A DNA stretch of 64,000 nt, from assembly GCF_030028105.1 (NCBI RefSeq), contig NC_092383.1:85951921-86015920 (forward strand), given 5' to 3'. The DNA is from Mobula birostris (lineage: Eukaryota). The notes under the pieces are model-generated. The model saw nothing but the letters and a program-made list of their open reading frames with translations, made no database searches and was not told where the DNA came from. The translations under genes were made by a program, and so were the position numbers. Of this stretch, positions 61,010-64,000 are shown piece after piece. The first letter of the stretch is position 1. Every line of letters begins with the position of its first letter.

Positions 61010-63862
61010 GGGGGTACATTTCATGTCCATTGATGACAATGATATTTTTCTAACTATTTTCTTCAAAAATATCATATTGTACCGATTAAGGGAAAGCATA
61101 TTATAAAATCAGACAAACATTTTGTGCACAATATGTTTCATTTAGCTTGAAATTGTCATGATGTTCCTAAACTGACAGTTTTTGCAATGTTCATTTTTTA
61201 ATTGAGTGGATCTTGGCCTCAAAATAATGATTAAAAACCATTAAAGTTAGCATAATCTATTTGTTATTTATTTTAAAATTCTAAATACTTTTGAAAAATA
61301 CAGTTTTTTAAAATTGAGTTTCACATTTAAATGAAATAATTATCTTAGTTGACAAAACTTTTACGGACATTAATAAACTATGTTACTGACAGAACACCCC
61401 CCCGTAACTGAAAAATGGTTTGTCCCAAAACCATGTGACCAGCATCACAGGATGTCATTTCTCTCAGTGGCGGCCACTTTGAATACATTCTGGTGAGTGT
61501 CTTCTCATTTTTAAAAATATTTTATCTGTAATAGCTCATTGTCAAGGAGTATATTAATTGACCGTCAACTATGTTCGGTACATTGTTATGGTTTACAATT
61601 CTTTTCTGACTTTAATTCAAATATATGTTGAAACTTAAGGTTAACCTGATAAAGAAAGTGACATGTGGTCAGCCATGCAAGGCCTACCATTGAAATTAGG
61701 GGCTAAAATAGGAAAATTGTCAACTATGTTATCTGTTAACTAAGTTACCCAGTAGGGCCAACTCATGAGTAACATAGTTGACGTGACCCTACTGGGTAAC
61801 ATGGTTCACTGATGATAATGGATCAGTTGCCATAGATCAGTATATTTTGTAATAGTTTAGGCTTGCATGTGCCAGAGGAGACTGACGATTAAAGGGATAT
61901 GTGCTGATGATTTTAAACGGTATCAGCAGCTGAGAAGCAGCAGAGAGTCAGGGCTCGGCGGGATGCTGATCCTGCAAGATGGTCAGCATACTTGGAGAAG
62001 CAGAGAGAGGCATGGCACAGGCTTAGAGCTCAAGGCAAGGTCAAAACAGTGGCAGAGATGAGTGAGAGACAAAAAAGAAGCAAGAGGGCCTATTGGAGGA
62101 AAGTACAGCAAAGAAGCAGATAAAAAAAAGTGCCGACTTGAGACCTTAGCTACGCCACCAGAGGCCCAGACAGTGAAGTTTTCCAACAACCTGAGGAACA
62201 CCTCTACAGAACTTTGGCAAACAACAAAACTGTGAGAGTGTTTTACATCCAGGAGGATCTCGTGGAAGAAGCTACAAAAAAAATGCCAAGTATTCTGCCA
62301 GTGCTGCCCCCAACTATGCGGATCTACCAGGTAGTCACAGTGGCACCCAGAGAAATCATATACTGAAATGTAAGCTGCCCTTGCACCATAAAACAAAGTT
62401 TTGAGTGTCAGTGTGAGAACACTAATAACTTTAGTTTTGGAGTTCAGCAAAAAAACCCTGCGCTACCTCAAGCAGACAAAACAAGGATGACGAAATCCGG
62501 TGGGTCCTCATTTGATTGACCAGTGGTCTGCTCTGAAATACGATGGTAAAATTTACCCAGGAGTCATTCAGGAAGTCACTGAGACACATGTGCAGATAAA
62601 GTGCATGCACCACATAGGAGTCAACTGTTTCTTCTGGCCACTAAGAGATGTTGTACTGTGGTACCTGTTTGAGGACATTGTGAGAATGATTCCTCCTGCA
62701 AAGCCAGTGACATTGCGTCACGTCGAAATCGATAAAGATACCTGGTCTAGTTTCTAAGATGTGCAACTGAATGTTGTAGTTAATATGTTCTGTTAAATAT
62801 TGATTTTACTGTACTATTTTTAGGTTAGGCTTCACTTGGACCCCTGCTGCCACAGTTGTTTGAACTCATTATTTTAACAAAGCATTACATAAAAAAAAAC
62901 TGTTGTCTTCTATGATTCACCAGTTAGTCAAACTAAAGCTTGTTCTTCTACTACGTTTTTTTTGCCTCACATCTGTCAAATTTCTAAATGTCAATGTAAA
63001 ATACAATATATTGACTGTTTTGTATGAATTTTGTTAGTCAACATTTTATTCTGATTAAATGTGTGAATTGAAAGCACTTGTTTGAACCCTTCACCAGTTA
63101 CTGGTCAATATTTTATTCAGACTGTACAAAAGCTTGTTCCTCTACTATGTGTTTGTTTCAAGTAAATGAAAATGTATTGTGTTCTGTATTCCTTTAATTA
63201 TTCATCATTGAATTCTATCTATGAATTGAAAATTGAATGGCACTTCTGCCTTGAAATAAACACTGTGCTGATGGTTAATAAATATGTCCAGTCAACTATG
63301 TTACTTGTGTCAACTATAGGACTTTCATTGTCAACTATGTCACACCTGCTTTTTTTTACATTGAAACTAACGAAAATGCTGCTTCTGATATCCTTCAAGA
63401 TATATCATACATCCACACAGGTTTGAGTTTTGCATAACATCTCTTAAAACTATGAAAAGGACCTGTAAGGCAGATTTATGATAAAAAAAAAGTACTCCTG
63501 ACCTTAATGACAGCACTGAGCATATCACATTTATATCTGCAAAATATTAAATTCTTATAAAAACTTAAAAAAAAATCATTGTGCATATGGCAGAATAGAC
63601 ACAAGAACTCCTAAAAATGTATGTTACCTAAAGTAGAGCATTAGACTAAGTGTGTAATGGCATACAGTTTGTTCATAACATAGTTGACAAACTAACTAGC
63701 AAAAATATCCTTTCCCTTAAAATATCAAAAAAGTTGTCAATGCTTAAGCTTTGCAACTACTGAATACATTACATTGAATGAATATTTTAACTTAAACCAC
63801 TGATTGTTTTATTGAGAAAGCACATTACTTTTGTACTTTTTATTTATGTGAAATGTACCCCC
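61010..63862 (+). mobile_element. TIR DNA transposon with internal deletion; superfamily uncertain (Sola2-like tentative)
   Basis: Perfect 14-bp TIR GGGGGTACATTTCA / TGAAATGTACCCCC, with symmetry extending about 11 bp outward; transposase-like N- and C-terminal remnants at 61920-62757; no catalytic core seen. Confidence 0.7.
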
Positions 63863-64000
63863 AATAATAGAATGACTCACAAACAGAGAGAGGGAGATAG
63901 ACAGGGTAGCAGGAGAAACACAGGGAAAAGGGAATTAGGAAAACATGAGGATTAAAAGGAAGGAACGGCTGGGACCGTGACAGTAACCCCCTTCCTCAAA

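Overview
Vertebrate genomic DNA, most likely a cartilaginous fish such as a ray (inferred from the CR1/Rex1/Tc1/Sushi repeat landscape and the Ig-domain type). The only host-gene content is a minus-strand tandem cluster of pIgR/CD300 (CMRF35)-like immunoglobulin-superfamily receptor genes, which I reconstructed by hand from splice sites. Gene A has a leader (8034-8073), a V exon (6294-6614) and a C2-type exon (2962-3282), all open, and continues off the left edge into another V exon. Unit B has a leader with a dead GG donor, then V, a broken C2, V, a half-V, a broken C2, a Cys stalk, a TM exon with an intramembrane Arg and a probable 2-residue tail (28270 to 17195). Unit C has an intact leader (40669-40708) and a broken 5' half-V. 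All full Ig exons are 321-nt phase 1-1 cassettes (one is 320 nt through a frameshift). The intact exons of C and B can be joined in frame into a 275-aa V-V-stalk-TM activating-type receptor. Most of the remaining sequence is decayed and often nested transposable elements: CR1 and Rex1/Babar LINEs, Ty3/Gypsy elements including Sushi-type chromoviruses, solo LTRs, Tc1, Tigger-like, hAT, an unclassified TIR element, and 37/38-bp minisatellites. TE boundaries without a stated TSD or TIR are approximate. No database searches were run.
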